From NCBI GenBank assembly GCA_035939185.1, contig DASZGB010000005.1, positions 182,713 to 246,712 on the forward strand: DNA of 64,000 bases, written 5' to 3'. The notes beneath the pieces are model-generated. The model saw only the letters and a list, made by a program, of their open reading frames with translations, was not told where the DNA came from and searched no databases. The translations under genes were made by a program, and so were the position numbers. The DNA is from Solirubrobacteraceae bacterium. GTDB lineage: Bacteria > Actinomycetota > Thermoleophilia > Solirubrobacterales > Solirubrobacteraceae. Each line of letters begins with the position of its first letter. Position 1 is the first letter of the stretch. Shown here piece after piece: positions 46,416-55,565 of this stretch.

Positions 46416-47315
46416 TTAGCCTTCCGCGCTCCGCCCGATACGCGCCGGCTCGCTGCCAGCCTCCAGCCCCGGCTCCGAGCGCGCGGCGCGCAGTTCGTAG
46501 TCCTTGCGGATGTCGCTGTTGGCGCCGGCGAGCACGCGGTCGGCCTTCATCGCCCGCGCCATGCCCTCGGCGAGGCGCCGAGGAAGCAGCTGCCCGAGGG
46601 TGTTGGTGCGCTTGGAAGACTTGGGCACCCATACGTCCACGATGCCGTGCTGGAGGGCGTCCACGATCGCGTCGGCCACATCGGAGGGCTGCAATGTGTG
46701 CAGGCCTCGGGCCTCGCCGAGGCCCGAGCCGAGCTCGGTGTTGACGACGAAGGGCATCACGTAGCAGACGTCGATGTGCGCGTCCATCAGGCGCAACTCG
46801 CCGCGCACGGCCTCGGTCAGGCCGACGACCGCGTGCTTGGTGGCCGAGTAGGTGGCGCCGCCGGGAGCGCCGAACTTGCCCGCCTGCGAAGAGATGTTGA
46901 CGATCTGGCCGTGGTCGCGCGGGATCATGCGCTCCAGCGCCAGCTTCATGCCGGTGATGACGCCGTGGATGTTGATGTCCACCATGCGCCTGGCCGTGAG
47001 CTCGTCCTCATCGATGAAGCGCCCCACCTGCATGATGCCCGCGTTGTTGACGAGCACGTCGATCGGGCCCAGCTGCGCTTCGGCGGCGTCGAGGAACTTC
47101 GCATAGGACTCTCGCTGGGTCACATCGACCGGCAACGCCACCGTGCCCGCACCCAACTCCGCGGCCGTGGCCTGCGCCGTGGCGAGGTCCACGTCGCCGA
47201 TCGCCACGCGCATCCCCTGGCGGATGAAGGCCTGCGCAGTGGCGCGGCCGATGCCGCGTGCGGCGCCGGTGATCGCGGCTGTCTGTCCGGCGAGGATGCG
47301 GGGCTGCTTGGCCAT
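46416..47315 (-). CDS. SDR oxidoreductase
   Basis: TGAARGIG, NNAG, YSATK. Confidence 0.92.
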   Translation of the reverse strand: MAKQPRILAGQTAAITGAARGIGRATAQAFIRQGMRVAIGDVDLATAQATAAELGAGTVALPVDVTQRESYAKFLDAAEAQLGPIDVLVNNAGIMQVGRFIDEDELTARRMVDINIHGVITGMKLALERMIPRDHGQIVNISSQAGKFGAPGGATYSATKHAVVGLTEAVRGELRLMDAHIDVCYVMPFVVNTELGSGLGEARGLHTLQPSDVADAIVDALQHGIVDVWVPKSSKRTNTLGQLLPRRLAEGMARAMKADRVLAGANSDIRKDYELRAARSEPGLEAGSEPARIGRSAEG

Positions 47316-47559
47316 CTGGGCCTCCTGGTCTGGGGGTGCTGGGAGCGCGGATGCGCAGGACTGTCTGTGAGGCTCACGCCGGTGTCTGCGGGGATCTCCG
47401 CTGATGCAAAACTAGCGCACCTTCCGCGCTTCTGTTGGGTTTCATCCTCTGGTCATCTGCTCGAGGACTGGCAGGGACCTCCGGAGAGGGGCACCGGCCC
47501 CGGGCGATCCACGGCGTCGCCCGGGTCCGTGTGCGCTTTGCAGGCAGTAGGCTGATGCA

Positions 47560-48459
47560 GTGTCTGACTTCCGCTTCCAGGACCAGCGCATCGCCTACAC
47601 GGAGTACGGCGGTGGACCTGCAGTCCTAACGCCCTCCGGCAAACGCGCGCGTACGGCCCGCTCGGCGCCCGCGGCCGCGCGCCCCGTGATCCTCGTGCAC
47701 GGCCTGCTGCTCTCCCAGGAGATGCACCGGCCGCTCGCCGAAGACCTGGCCGCCCGCGGAAACCGCGCGATCACGATCGACCTGCTGGGCCACGGCGAAT
47801 CGGATCGCCCGCGGGATATGTGGCGCTACTCGATGAGCTTCTTCGCCGAGCAGATACTGGCGCTGATGGACCATCTGGAGCTGGCGCAGGCCGTCGTGAT
47901 GGGCACTTCTTTGGGCGCGAACGCGGCGCTGGAGGTGGCGCTGAAGGCGCCTGAGCGCCTGCGCGGCATGGTTATCGAGATGCCCGTGCTCGACAACGCG
48001 CTGCCGGCGGCAGCCCTCACCTTCACTCCGATCCTGCTGGCGCTGACCTTCGGCGAGCAGGTCATGAAGCTTCTCGCCAGCGGCGCGCGCGCGGTGCCGC
48101 GGCAGCTGCTACCCCACTACGGCAACGTCGTGCTCGACCTGATTCGCCAGGAACCGGGCCCCGGCGGCGCGCTGCTGCAGGGTCTCTTCTTCGGGCGCAT
48201 CGCCCCCCACCGCTCGGAGCGGCGTACCTTCACGACGCCCACCCTCGTCATCGGGCACCGCCGCGATCCGGTGCACCCCTTCTCCGACGCCGGGCAGCTA
48301 GCCGAGGAGCTTCCCAACGCCCGCCTACTTCAGGCCGACTCGCTGGTTGAGCTGCGGCTGAAGCCCGAGCGCCTGACCGAAGAGATCGCGGCGTTCTTGG
48401 ATGAGGTGTGGAAGGGACCCGTCAGGCGGGTGGGTACAACACGAGTTCGCCGAGGCTGA
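47560..48459 (+). CDS. Alpha/beta hydrolase
   Basis: ILVHG, IDLLGHG, GTSLGA, HPF. Confidence 0.88.
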   Translation: MSDFRFQDQRIAYTEYGGGPAVLTPSGKRARTARSAPAAARPVILVHGLLLSQEMHRPLAEDLAARGNRAITIDLLGHGESDRPRDMWRYSMSFFAEQILALMDHLELAQAVVMGTSLGANAALEVALKAPERLRGMVIEMPVLDNALPAAALTFTPILLALTFGEQVMKLLASGARAVPRQLLPHYGNVVLDLIRQEPGPGGALLQGLFFGRIAPHRSERRTFTTPTLVIGHRRDPVHPFSDAGQLAEELPNARLLQADSLVELRLKPERLTEEIAAFLDEVWKGPVRRVGTTRVRRG

Positions 48460-49561
48460 CCTTTTCCGGCGAGGAAGCAGGCGCCTTGGTGAACCAGAGT
48501 ACGATGAAGCGGAAGGCCTTGCCACCCGTGGAGAGCTTGATGCTGGCGGTTTTCTTCTTGACGAGATGACTGGGGGTGAGCTTGGTCCAGGCGGGGTCGA
48601 GGATCGTTGGCGGCAGCTTGCTGCCATTGGCGCCGAACACTTCGATCGTCATCCCCGGGGTGCTGGTGTGGATTTCCAGCGTGCCCAAATGGCGCGCCGT
48701 CTTCAGGTCGAGCGCCAGGCCAGCGGCCATCAGCGGAGCCACTTTTGGTTCCACCTGGGCCGTCCAGGCCGTACTGGTTTCGCCGTCGATCGCCAGCGCG
48801 GGGTCGCCGAAGTAGGAGGCGGGGTAGCCCGAAGGGTTATAGGTGGAGGCCGCGTTGGTGTCCAGCAGGATCGGGTTGCTCGCGGGATTGGTGGGTTCGG
48901 TTGCGCCCGTCGTGGGGGTTTTGACCGGCAGGTTCGGTTCGCTTGCGGGCGTGCTGCCGGTATTCGTCGGCAACAGCGTCGAGCGTGAGGGGAGCCGTGG
49001 GGTCGGCACGACCGCGGGCAGCTTCGGCGGCCTGATCGTGCTCGAAGGCAGGCCCGTGCGCGAGCTGCCATTCCCGCCGGCGCCGAGCGCCCCGCCGAGG
49101 GTGCTCGTGCGCGGCGTGGTCGTAGGCGGCGGCGTGTTCAGCGTGGAGGGCGCGGTGGGCGTCGTCGTCGCTGCCGCCGGCACTTGCGCGATCAGCACGT
49201 GCGTCGGCGGTTTCGCGGGCTTCTGGCTGAGCGCCGCGTAGGCCGCCGTGCCCGCGCCGGCCAGCAGGATCGCGCCCGCGGCCGCCAGCGCCGCCAAGGG
49301 CCGCCAATCCCGCTCGCGCTCGAGGCTGCCGGGCGCGCCGGTGCCGCACTGTAGGCACCACCCCTGGTCCTCCGCCAACGTGGCGCCGCAGTTGTTGCAC
49401 GTGCGCGCAGGGTCCGGCGGCGGTTGCATCGCACCGTACGGCGAGCCGTTGCCGTTCGCTGTCACAGCAGCGGGCGCAGGGACGGTCGCGGGCGTCGAGG
49501 GCACAGCCTGCGGCTGCTCCGATGCAGTCGGTTTGTCTGCCAGCAGCGGGTCCATCGTCAT
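48422..49561 (-). CDS. Zinc-ribbon, single-TM, Pro/Thr-rich protein with beta-sandwich C-terminus
   Basis: CNNC...CLQC, TM segment, PT-rich stalk, ALAIDGETSTAWT. Confidence 0.7.
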   Translation of the reverse strand: MTMDPLLADKPTASEQPQAVPSTPATVPAPAAVTANGNGSPYGAMQPPPDPARTCNNCGATLAEDQGWCLQCGTGAPGSLERERDWRPLAALAAAGAILLAGAGTAAYAALSQKPAKPPTHVLIAQVPAAATTTPTAPSTLNTPPPTTTPRTSTLGGALGAGGNGSSRTGLPSSTIRPPKLPAVVPTPRLPSRSTLLPTNTGSTPASEPNLPVKTPTTGATEPTNPASNPILLDTNAASTYNPSGYPASYFGDPALAIDGETSTAWTAQVEPKVAPLMAAGLALDLKTARHLGTLEIHTSTPGMTIEVFGANGSKLPPTILDPAWTKLTPSHLVKKKTASIKLSTGGKAFRFIVLWFTKAPASSPEKVSLGELVLYPPA

Positions 49562-49574
49562 CGATTCTTGCAGC

Positions 49575-50585
49575 TCAGAGAGCCTTTGGCGGCACTTTCG
49601 GCGTCGGCGGCCCGCCCGGCACGATCTCGCGTCCGGTCGGACGCATGTCCTCGTCGAGCTCAAGCTGCCAGTAGTAGCGGGTGAAGCTGCGCCCGGCGCG
49701 GAACTCGCCGACGTGTGGCTCGGGCGCCTCGCCGCAGGCCATACGCACGATCAACTCGGGGTAGCTGCGGCCCTCCAGGGCCGCGTATGCGGGCGCAGGG
49801 AAGGCGCCGCCGAAGCGGGTGTTGACGTCGGTGATGCCCAGGCCCAGCTCGGGGTCGCGGAAGACCTGGATCGTCGCGGGGCCGCGCACCGCCAGCGCCT
49901 CCATCACGCGCCGGCCCAGCTCGATGAGCTCCTCATCGCGCACCACCCTGCCCTTGATCGACTCTCCCCCACGGGACTCTTCCATCGTGCGCGGGATCGC
50001 GTTCAGGCAGCGTCCCTGGGTATCCCCGAGGCAGTCGATCGACAGCTCAGGACCGCCCATCGCGCGCTGCACCATCGTCGGCTCCTCTACGTAGGCGACA
50101 AAGAAGTCCTTTTGCGCCTGGTCGTGCGCGAGGTGGATCGAACGCGCGCCCGAGCCCCGCCGCGGTTTGACCATCACCGGATAGGACTGCGGCTCCTGCT
50201 CGGGCAGCACGGTCGGCGGTGAGGGCAGGCCCAGCTCTCCTAGGAGCAGGTGCGTCTCGTACTTGTCATACGTGCGCCGCGCCACCTCCGAGCTCGGCAC
50301 AAGCGCCGGCAGCCGTCCTTCCTCGCGGGCGCGCGCCAGCACCTCGATGTCGAGGTCCGTCAAGGGGATCACCGCGCCCACCCCGTGCTCCGCGCACAGG
50401 CGCTCCAGCGCCGGCACGTACTCGGGGTCCGCAATCAGCGGCACCTTCGCGCGCACCTGCGCCGCGTACTGCGCCGGCGCCAGCGGGTTGGGGTCTGCCG
50501 CCACCGTCCGCGTCAGCGCGGCGAAGCAGGAGACGATGTCATAGCGCTTGCCCACGCCCGTCAAGAGGACGGCCGCGCTGCTCAT
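49575..50585 (-). CDS. ATP-grasp domain protein
   Basis: TGVGKR, PLTD, DKYET, VKPRRGSGA, ELSID, TDVNTRFGG. Confidence 0.88.
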   Translation of the reverse strand: MSSAAVLLTGVGKRYDIVSCFAALTRTVAADPNPLAPAQYAAQVRAKVPLIADPEYVPALERLCAEHGVGAVIPLTDLDIEVLARAREEGRLPALVPSSEVARRTYDKYETHLLLGELGLPSPPTVLPEQEPQSYPVMVKPRRGSGARSIHLAHDQAQKDFFVAYVEEPTMVQRAMGGPELSIDCLGDTQGRCLNAIPRTMEESRGGESIKGRVVRDEELIELGRRVMEALAVRGPATIQVFRDPELGLGITDVNTRFGGAFPAPAYAALEGRSYPELIVRMACGEAPEPHVGEFRAGRSFTRYYWQLELDEDMRPTGREIVPGGPPTPKVPPKAL

Positions 50586-50624
50586 CGCAGCGCTCCAGTC
50601 GCTGCGATGAGCAGCCGGAAGGGG

Positions 50625-50665
50625 ACAAGCGGCCCACACGGCGGAGCGAAGCGGAGCCTTTCAAA
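50625..50665 (+). repeat. REP/MITE-like element, intergenic copy
   Basis: ACAAGCGGCCCACACGGCGGAGCGAAGCGGAGCCTTTCAAA; inverted copy at 52343-52384. Confidence 0.7.
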
Positions 50666-50670
50666 GCTGT

Positions 50671-51267
50671 TCATGCGCTCCATCCTCCGGTCTGTCCCTT
50701 GTAGAGACCCGCGCCCCCCAGCACCATCGCCGGCGTGCGCCTGAGGATCTCCAGATCCAGGCGCCAGGAGCGGTTTTCGATGTAGTACAGATCGAGCTCG
50801 ATGCGCTCGTTCCAGGGCAGCGCGGCGCGGCCGTTGACCTGCGCCCAGCCGGTAATGCCCGGGCGGATCGCAAGCCGTCCGCGCTGGCGCGCGTCGTAGC
50901 TTGCCACCTGGTGGGGCAGCGTCGGGCGCGGGCCGATCAGCGACATCTCGCCGCGCAGCACGTTCAGCAGGTTGGGCAGCTCATCCAGGGAGGTGCGCCG
51001 CAGCAGCGCGCCCACGCGCGTGATGCGCGCGTCGTTCTCGTTCACCGCCAGGCCCGCGCCCAGGTGCTCGGCGCCTTGCACCATCGTGCGCAGCTTGAGC
51101 ACGTCGAATTCGCGGCCGCCCCTGCCGACGCGGCGCTGGCGGTAGAGCGCGGGGCCCCGCGACTCCAGGCGGATCGCCAGCATCGCCGCCGCCAGCAGCG
51201 GCGCGGTTAGGAACAGCGCCACCCCCGCTACCGCTATGTCGATCGTCCGCCGCATCACCGCTGGCAT
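50671..51267 (-). CDS. Sugar transferase (initiating polyprenyl-phosphate glycosylphosphotransferase)
   Basis: KLRTM, RITRVGALLRRTSLDELP, GEMSLIGPRP, RPGITGWAQV. Confidence 0.95.
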   Translation of the reverse strand: MPAVMRRTIDIAVAGVALFLTAPLLAAAMLAIRLESRGPALYRQRRVGRGGREFDVLKLRTMVQGAEHLGAGLAVNENDARITRVGALLRRTSLDELPNLLNVLRGEMSLIGPRPTLPHQVASYDARQRGRLAIRPGITGWAQVNGRAALPWNERIELDLYYIENRSWRLDLEILRRTPAMVLGGAGLYKGQTGGWSA

Positions 51268-51288
51268 TCTCGCAAGCGGAGCTGGTGC

Positions 51289-52524
51289 TCAGCGCGTCCC
51301 CTCGGCCGCCTCCCAGGCCGCGGAGGTGCCGTGCCTGAGCCAGTCCCAGAGCCCGAGGGCCAGCGCGGCGGTGGTTAGGACGTAGTAGCGGACCACGAGC
51401 AGCGGGCGGGTGGGAATCAGCCCACCCAGCCAGGCCAGCACGAGCAGCAGCAGTTGCAGCGCGAGCGTGGCCACGTAGACGCCATCGGCGCCGGCGGCCA
51501 CCAGCGCGACGTTCGCCGCGAGCGCGAGCGCGTGCAGGAAGGGCGTGGCGTAGCGCAGCACGCGGTGGGAGAGGATCATCAGCGCGTAGGTCACGCCGTA
51601 GCCGCGCGGCGAGAGCATGCCCCCGCGCAGCACGATCGGCCAGGTGTGGCTCATCATGCGCCGCTTGCGCGCGAGCTCGCCCTCGATCGAGGGCACCATC
51701 TTCTCGCTCGCCCGCGCCTGCGGCACGTACACCGCGCGCCAGCCGCGCTTGACCATGTTGAAGGGGAAGGACAGATCGTGGCCCATAATCGGGTCCACCA
51801 CCATGTAGGACTCGCGGCGCGTGGCGTAGATCGCGCCGTTGCCGGCGGTGATCGAGCGCAGCCGCGACTCGGCCAGGCGTTGGGCCATCTCGTAGCGCCA
51901 GTAGAGGCCCTCCTGGTTGGTGGCACTCGCGCCCGCGGCAGACTGCACGAAGCGCACCTGCCCGCAGGCGTACCCCACGCGCTCCTGTGCGAAGGCGCGC
52001 ACGAGCGCGCGTAGGGCATCGGGCTCCCACAGCGAGTTGGCGTCGCTGAAGGCCACGATCTCTCCCCTGGCCCCCGCTACGGCCGCGTCCTGGGCGCGGA
52101 TCTTTCCCCCGCGCGGCAGCTCCAGCACGAGGTCCGCCCCCGCCTCACGCGCACGCGCCGCGGTCGCATCAGTGCAGCCATCGCAGGCGACGATCACCTC
52201 CAGGCGCTCGCGCGGGTAGTCGAGCGCGAGCGCGTTGCGCACCTTCTCTCCCACGACGGCCTGCTCATCGTGCGCGGCCACGATCAGGGAGACGCTTGGG
52301 AGGGCAGCCATTGCCCCCGACGAGACAGACGGCCCGTCAGGGTTTGGAAAGGCTCCGCTTCGCTGCGCCGTGTTGGCCGCTTGTGTCGGTGCCCGCGCGC
52401 CCTCCTGCGCTCGCTGCGGTCGCAGTACGCGAGCAAGTAGCGCCAGCGCTGCCGCGTAGCCCAGCTGGGTCCACACGATCAACGCAAGTGAAATCCACAA
52501 CACGATCTCCAGGGCGGTACGCAT
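51289..52524 (-). CDS. GT2 glycosyltransferase
   Basis: SLIVAAHDE, ACDGCTD, FSDAN, GNGAIYA, HDL; ~40-aa N-proximal insertion. Confidence 0.9.
   Translation of the reverse strand: MRTALEIVLWISLALIVWTQLGYAAALALLARVLRPQRAQEGARAPTQAANTAQRSGAFPNPDGPSVSSGAMAALPSVSLIVAAHDEQAVVGEKVRNALALDYPRERLEVIVACDGCTDATAARAREAGADLVLELPRGGKIRAQDAAVAGARGEIVAFSDANSLWEPDALRALVRAFAQERVGYACGQVRFVQSAAGASATNQEGLYWRYEMAQRLAESRLRSITAGNGAIYATRRESYMVVDPIMGHDLSFPFNMVKRGWRAVYVPQARASEKMVPSIEGELARKRRMMSHTWPIVLRGGMLSPRGYGVTYALMILSHRVLRYATPFLHALALAANVALVAAGADGVYVATLALQLLLLVLAWLGGLIPTRPLLVVRYYVLTTAALALGLWDWLRHGTSAAWEAAEGTR
52343..52384 (-). repeat. REP/MITE-like element, copy inside GT2 coding sequence
   Basis: Minus strand ACAAGCGGCCAACACGGCGCAGCGAAGCGGAGCCTTTCCAAA. 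Confidence 0.7.
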
Positions 52525-52943
52525 CAGAGATAGACAACCTCGACGCCCAGCCGAACATAGACCGCCTCCGCGCGCCGGTCGCAGCTGAGCAGGCGATAGC
52601 CGTAATGCGCGGCGGTGGCGCCGACAAGCGCGTCGTATACCGCGCCGCCCGCGATCGAGAGGCCTGCCAGTCGATCGAGTAGGCCGCGTCTGGCGCTGTC
52701 CGGCAGGAACAGTCGTTTGCCCGTGTAGTCCTCGCGCAGGTACTGCGCCACCAGCGCCGGCGCCGCCCGCTGCGGTTCCGGCAGGCGCGTTAGAACCGAG
52801 TAGGTCTCAAGCTCGGCGTGCGCGATCAGATCCCTGGCGTCGCCAAGCGCCTCGATCGCCGCCTCGTGATGCGTGTTCCAGCTCGCGAAGGCGGCGATCA
52901 CCACGCTGCTGTCGGGGGTGATCCCCGCACTGCTGTTGCTCAC
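52524..52943 (-). CDS. vapC: PIN-domain toxin (VapC)
   Basis: PDSSVVIA, HAELETYSVLTRLP, GAVYDALV, LLSCDRRA. Confidence 0.9.
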   Translation of the reverse strand: MSNSSAGITPDSSVVIAAFASWNTHHEAAIEALGDARDLIAHAELETYSVLTRLPEPQRAAPALVAQYLREDYTGKRLFLPDSARRGLLDRLAGLSIAGGAVYDALVGATAAHYGYRLLSCDRRAEAVYVRLGVEVVYL

Positions 52944-53185
52944 CCGCGGATCTGTTCCAGCGTCTCGCGCACCATCTCCGCGGTAAGTGTCGGCATCTCC
53001 CGATCCGTGACGGCTACCAATCGCCCCTTGCGCTTCTCCAGGCGGATCGGGGTCGTCGGATGCTCGATCTCAAGCCGCCCGTCGATGGCGCTCAGCTCCA
53101 GCTTCTGGCCGGGCCTGAAGTGCAGCTCTTCGCGCAGGCGCTTGGGAATGACGATACGCCCGGCGGAATCGATGGTTGCGACCAT
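52940..53185 (-). CDS. vapB: AbrB/MazE/SpoVT antitoxin (VapB)
   Basis: TIDSAGRIVIPKRLREELHFRPGQKLEL; overlaps vapC start. Confidence 0.9.
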   Translation of the reverse strand: MVATIDSAGRIVIPKRLREELHFRPGQKLELSAIDGRLEIEHPTTPIRLEKRKGRLVAVTDREMPTLTAEMVRETLEQIRG

Positions 53186-53234
53186 GGCAGAAATATACCA
53201 CTGCCGCACCCATCCCGCCCGGACCTTGCGTCAG

Positions 53235-53339
53235 CGAGATGTCCCCCTTGGGCTCCTCACCGAGATCGCGGTCCACCATCTGCCGGAAGTACTCCGCCAA
53301 AGATATCCCCCGCTCCGCGGCGTGGCTCACCTGACTCAC
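53235..53339 (-). pseudogene. Remnant of RHH/CopG-type antitoxin
   Basis: HAAERGISLAEYFRQMVDRDLG is ribbon-helix-helix-like; frame then degenerates into the vapB promoter region. Confidence 0.45.
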
Positions 53340-54523
53340 TCCTTCAGCAGCTGCCGATACACCCGCATGTGCGCGCGGGCGATCTGCTCCCAGGAGTAGC
53401 GCCCGGCGGCGGCGGCGCGGGCGCGGGCGCCCATCTCGGCGAGGGCGCCGGGGTCGGCGAGCAGTTCGCCCAGGGCCTCGTGCAGCGCAGCGGGGTCGCC
53501 GGCAGGTACCGTGCGAGCCGCGCCCGTCGCCGCGATCTCGGGGAAGCCGCCGACGTCGCTGAGCAGCAGTGGCTTGCCGAACGCGAGCGCCGTGAACAGT
53601 ACGCCGGACTGGTCGATCTCGCGGTAGGGCAGCACGACGAGATCGGCGCGCTGGAAGTAGGCGGGCAGCTCATCGTCGCCGATGAAGCGCGCGTCGAAGC
53701 GCACGTTGGGGGGCGCGGCCGCCTGGAGCTTTGAGATGTCCATGCGCGGCATTCCTGCGATCCACAGCTCGGGCGAGCCGGATCGGGCCTGGGCGTTCGG
53801 GTCGCCAATCCCCCGCCACGCCTCGATCAGCACGTCGAGGCCCTTATAGGGCCGCATCAACCCGAAGCAGAGCACGACGGGGGCGTCGGTCTGGTGCGGC
53901 GGGGGCAGCGGCGGGGCCTGCGCAAGGTGCGCGAACGCGCCGTGCGGGATCGCGTGCACGCACGCGGGGTCGATCCCCAACTCGCGCGTGAGCCGCCGGC
54001 GCCCGTGCTCGGAGTGCACGATGACCGCGTCGAAGCGCTCGTACAACCGCTGCTGCGCGGTCAGCTGTCCCGGACGCGGCTCGCGCGGGAGCACGTCGTG
54101 GGCAGTCAGCACCAGTCTCGGTCCCCGCCCACCCTGCCCGGCGGCCAAGGCGCGCGCGTGGCGCGGCAGCAGGTGCACGTCGAGCGGCTGCACCGTCAAC
54201 CACTGAAAGTGCGCGATTTCCGCCGCGCGCGCCAGGCGCCGGTAGCGCAACATCTCCGGCACGTGCTCGGCCAGCTTCAGCGCCATCCGCCCGCGCGAGC
54301 GGGGGCGGGCGGGGGCGGGCGCCCCTGGGCGGGCGCTCGCGCCCCGGTGCGCGAGCCCGTAGAACAGCTCTCGGCGCTCGTACCCCTGCGCCGCTGCGAC
54401 CGGCCCGTAGTCGAAGTGACTCGTGATCAGCTCCACCTGCGCTCCCTCGCGCGCCAGCGCCCGGCACAGCGCGTGGTCGTACGGCGGCGTGTAGGCCGAC
54501 GGGTCCACGACGTGCACGCGCAT
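53336..54523 (-). CDS. GT4 glycosyltransferase
   Basis: LTAHD, VHSE, FGLMRPYKG, PYREIDQSGV, SDVGGFPE. Confidence 0.92.
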   Translation of the reverse strand: MRVHVVDPSAYTPPYDHALCRALAREGAQVELITSHFDYGPVAAAQGYERRELFYGLAHRGASARPGAPAPARPRSRGRMALKLAEHVPEMLRYRRLARAAEIAHFQWLTVQPLDVHLLPRHARALAAGQGGRGPRLVLTAHDVLPREPRPGQLTAQQRLYERFDAVIVHSEHGRRRLTRELGIDPACVHAIPHGAFAHLAQAPPLPPPHQTDAPVVLCFGLMRPYKGLDVLIEAWRGIGDPNAQARSGSPELWIAGMPRMDISKLQAAAPPNVRFDARFIGDDELPAYFQRADLVVLPYREIDQSGVLFTALAFGKPLLLSDVGGFPEIAATGAARTVPAGDPAALHEALGELLADPGALAEMGARARAAAAGRYSWEQIARAHMRVYRQLLKE

Positions 54524-54542
54524 GGACGGAGACAATAGGCCG

Positions 54543-55565
54543 GTGCCCGATACAGCGGCGCCCCGCGGGGCCACCACCGAGAGCGATCCAGTCGAGCTGA
54601 CCTACTGCGTCGTGAACACCTCGCAGCGTGAGCTGCTGAAGTGCGGGCTGGACGCGATCGGCAGGGAGCGCGCGGCCGTGCCGTTCACGACGGAGGTGCT
54701 CGTGCTGGACAACGGCTCGCGCGACGGATCGGCGCAGGCGGCCCGCGCACATCCCGCGGTGGATGAGGTGATTGCGCTGGGCGAACGGCGCGGCAAGGGC
54801 CTGAACGACTCCGAGCTGCTGCGCCGCGCGCGCGGGCGTTACGCGCTGTTGCTCAACGAGGACTCCGAGTTGCAGGACGGCGCGACGCTTGCACTGCACC
54901 AGGCGCTCCAGGAGCGCCCGCGGGCGGCCTGCGCCGGGGCCAAGCTACTGCGTCCCGGCGGCGCCGAGCAGGCCTCGGCATGGCGCTTCCCCACTCCGCT
55001 GACGGCACTCGCGGGCGCGCTGTTCCTGCATCGCCGCTTCATCGTGCAGAGCAAAGGCCCGCGCACGCGCGCGGTGGACTGGTGCCAGTCGGCCGCGCTG
55101 CTCGTGCGGCGGGCGGCGGCCACGCAGGTCGGCTACCTGGACCCCGACTTCTTCGTCTACTCCGACGAGGTCGACTTCGCCCGGCGGCTGCGCGACGTGG
55201 GTTGGCGCAGTGTCTGGGTTCCGGACGCTGTCGCCGTGCACCACGAGCAGCTTGCGACTGACGTCGTCCCGGAGCGGCGCATCGTCGAAATGGCGCGCAA
55301 TCGCGATCTGTACATGCGCAAGCACCATTCACGTCTGAGCGCCCTGGCGGTGCGTTTGCTCACCGCGTGGGCCTATGCGTCGAGGACGCTCGCAGCGCTG
55401 GTGCTCCCCCACCACACCCCCGCCCGCTACTGGCGTCACGTCACGGCGACGCTCATGCCCCAGCGCGGCGACGGGCTGCGCGAGGCCGCCGCGGAATACA
55501 ACCACGTGCAGTCAGCCTCCGCGGGCGCGGAAGGACCCCACGAGCCGGCGTCCACCGGCGAGTAG
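54543..55565 (+). CDS. GT2 glycosyltransferase
   Basis: VLDNGSRDGS, LLLNED, GAKL, FFVYSDEVD; GTG 54543 preferred (GACAAT 6 nt upstream), ATG 54522 possible. Confidence 0.9.
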   Translation: MPDTAAPRGATTESDPVELTYCVVNTSQRELLKCGLDAIGRERAAVPFTTEVLVLDNGSRDGSAQAARAHPAVDEVIALGERRGKGLNDSELLRRARGRYALLLNEDSELQDGATLALHQALQERPRAACAGAKLLRPGGAEQASAWRFPTPLTALAGALFLHRRFIVQSKGPRTRAVDWCQSAALLVRRAAATQVGYLDPDFFVYSDEVDFARRLRDVGWRSVWVPDAVAVHHEQLATDVVPERRIVEMARNRDLYMRKHHSRLSALAVRLLTAWAYASRTLAALVLPHHTPARYWRHVTATLMPQRGDGLREAAAEYNHVQSASAGAEGPHEPASTGE

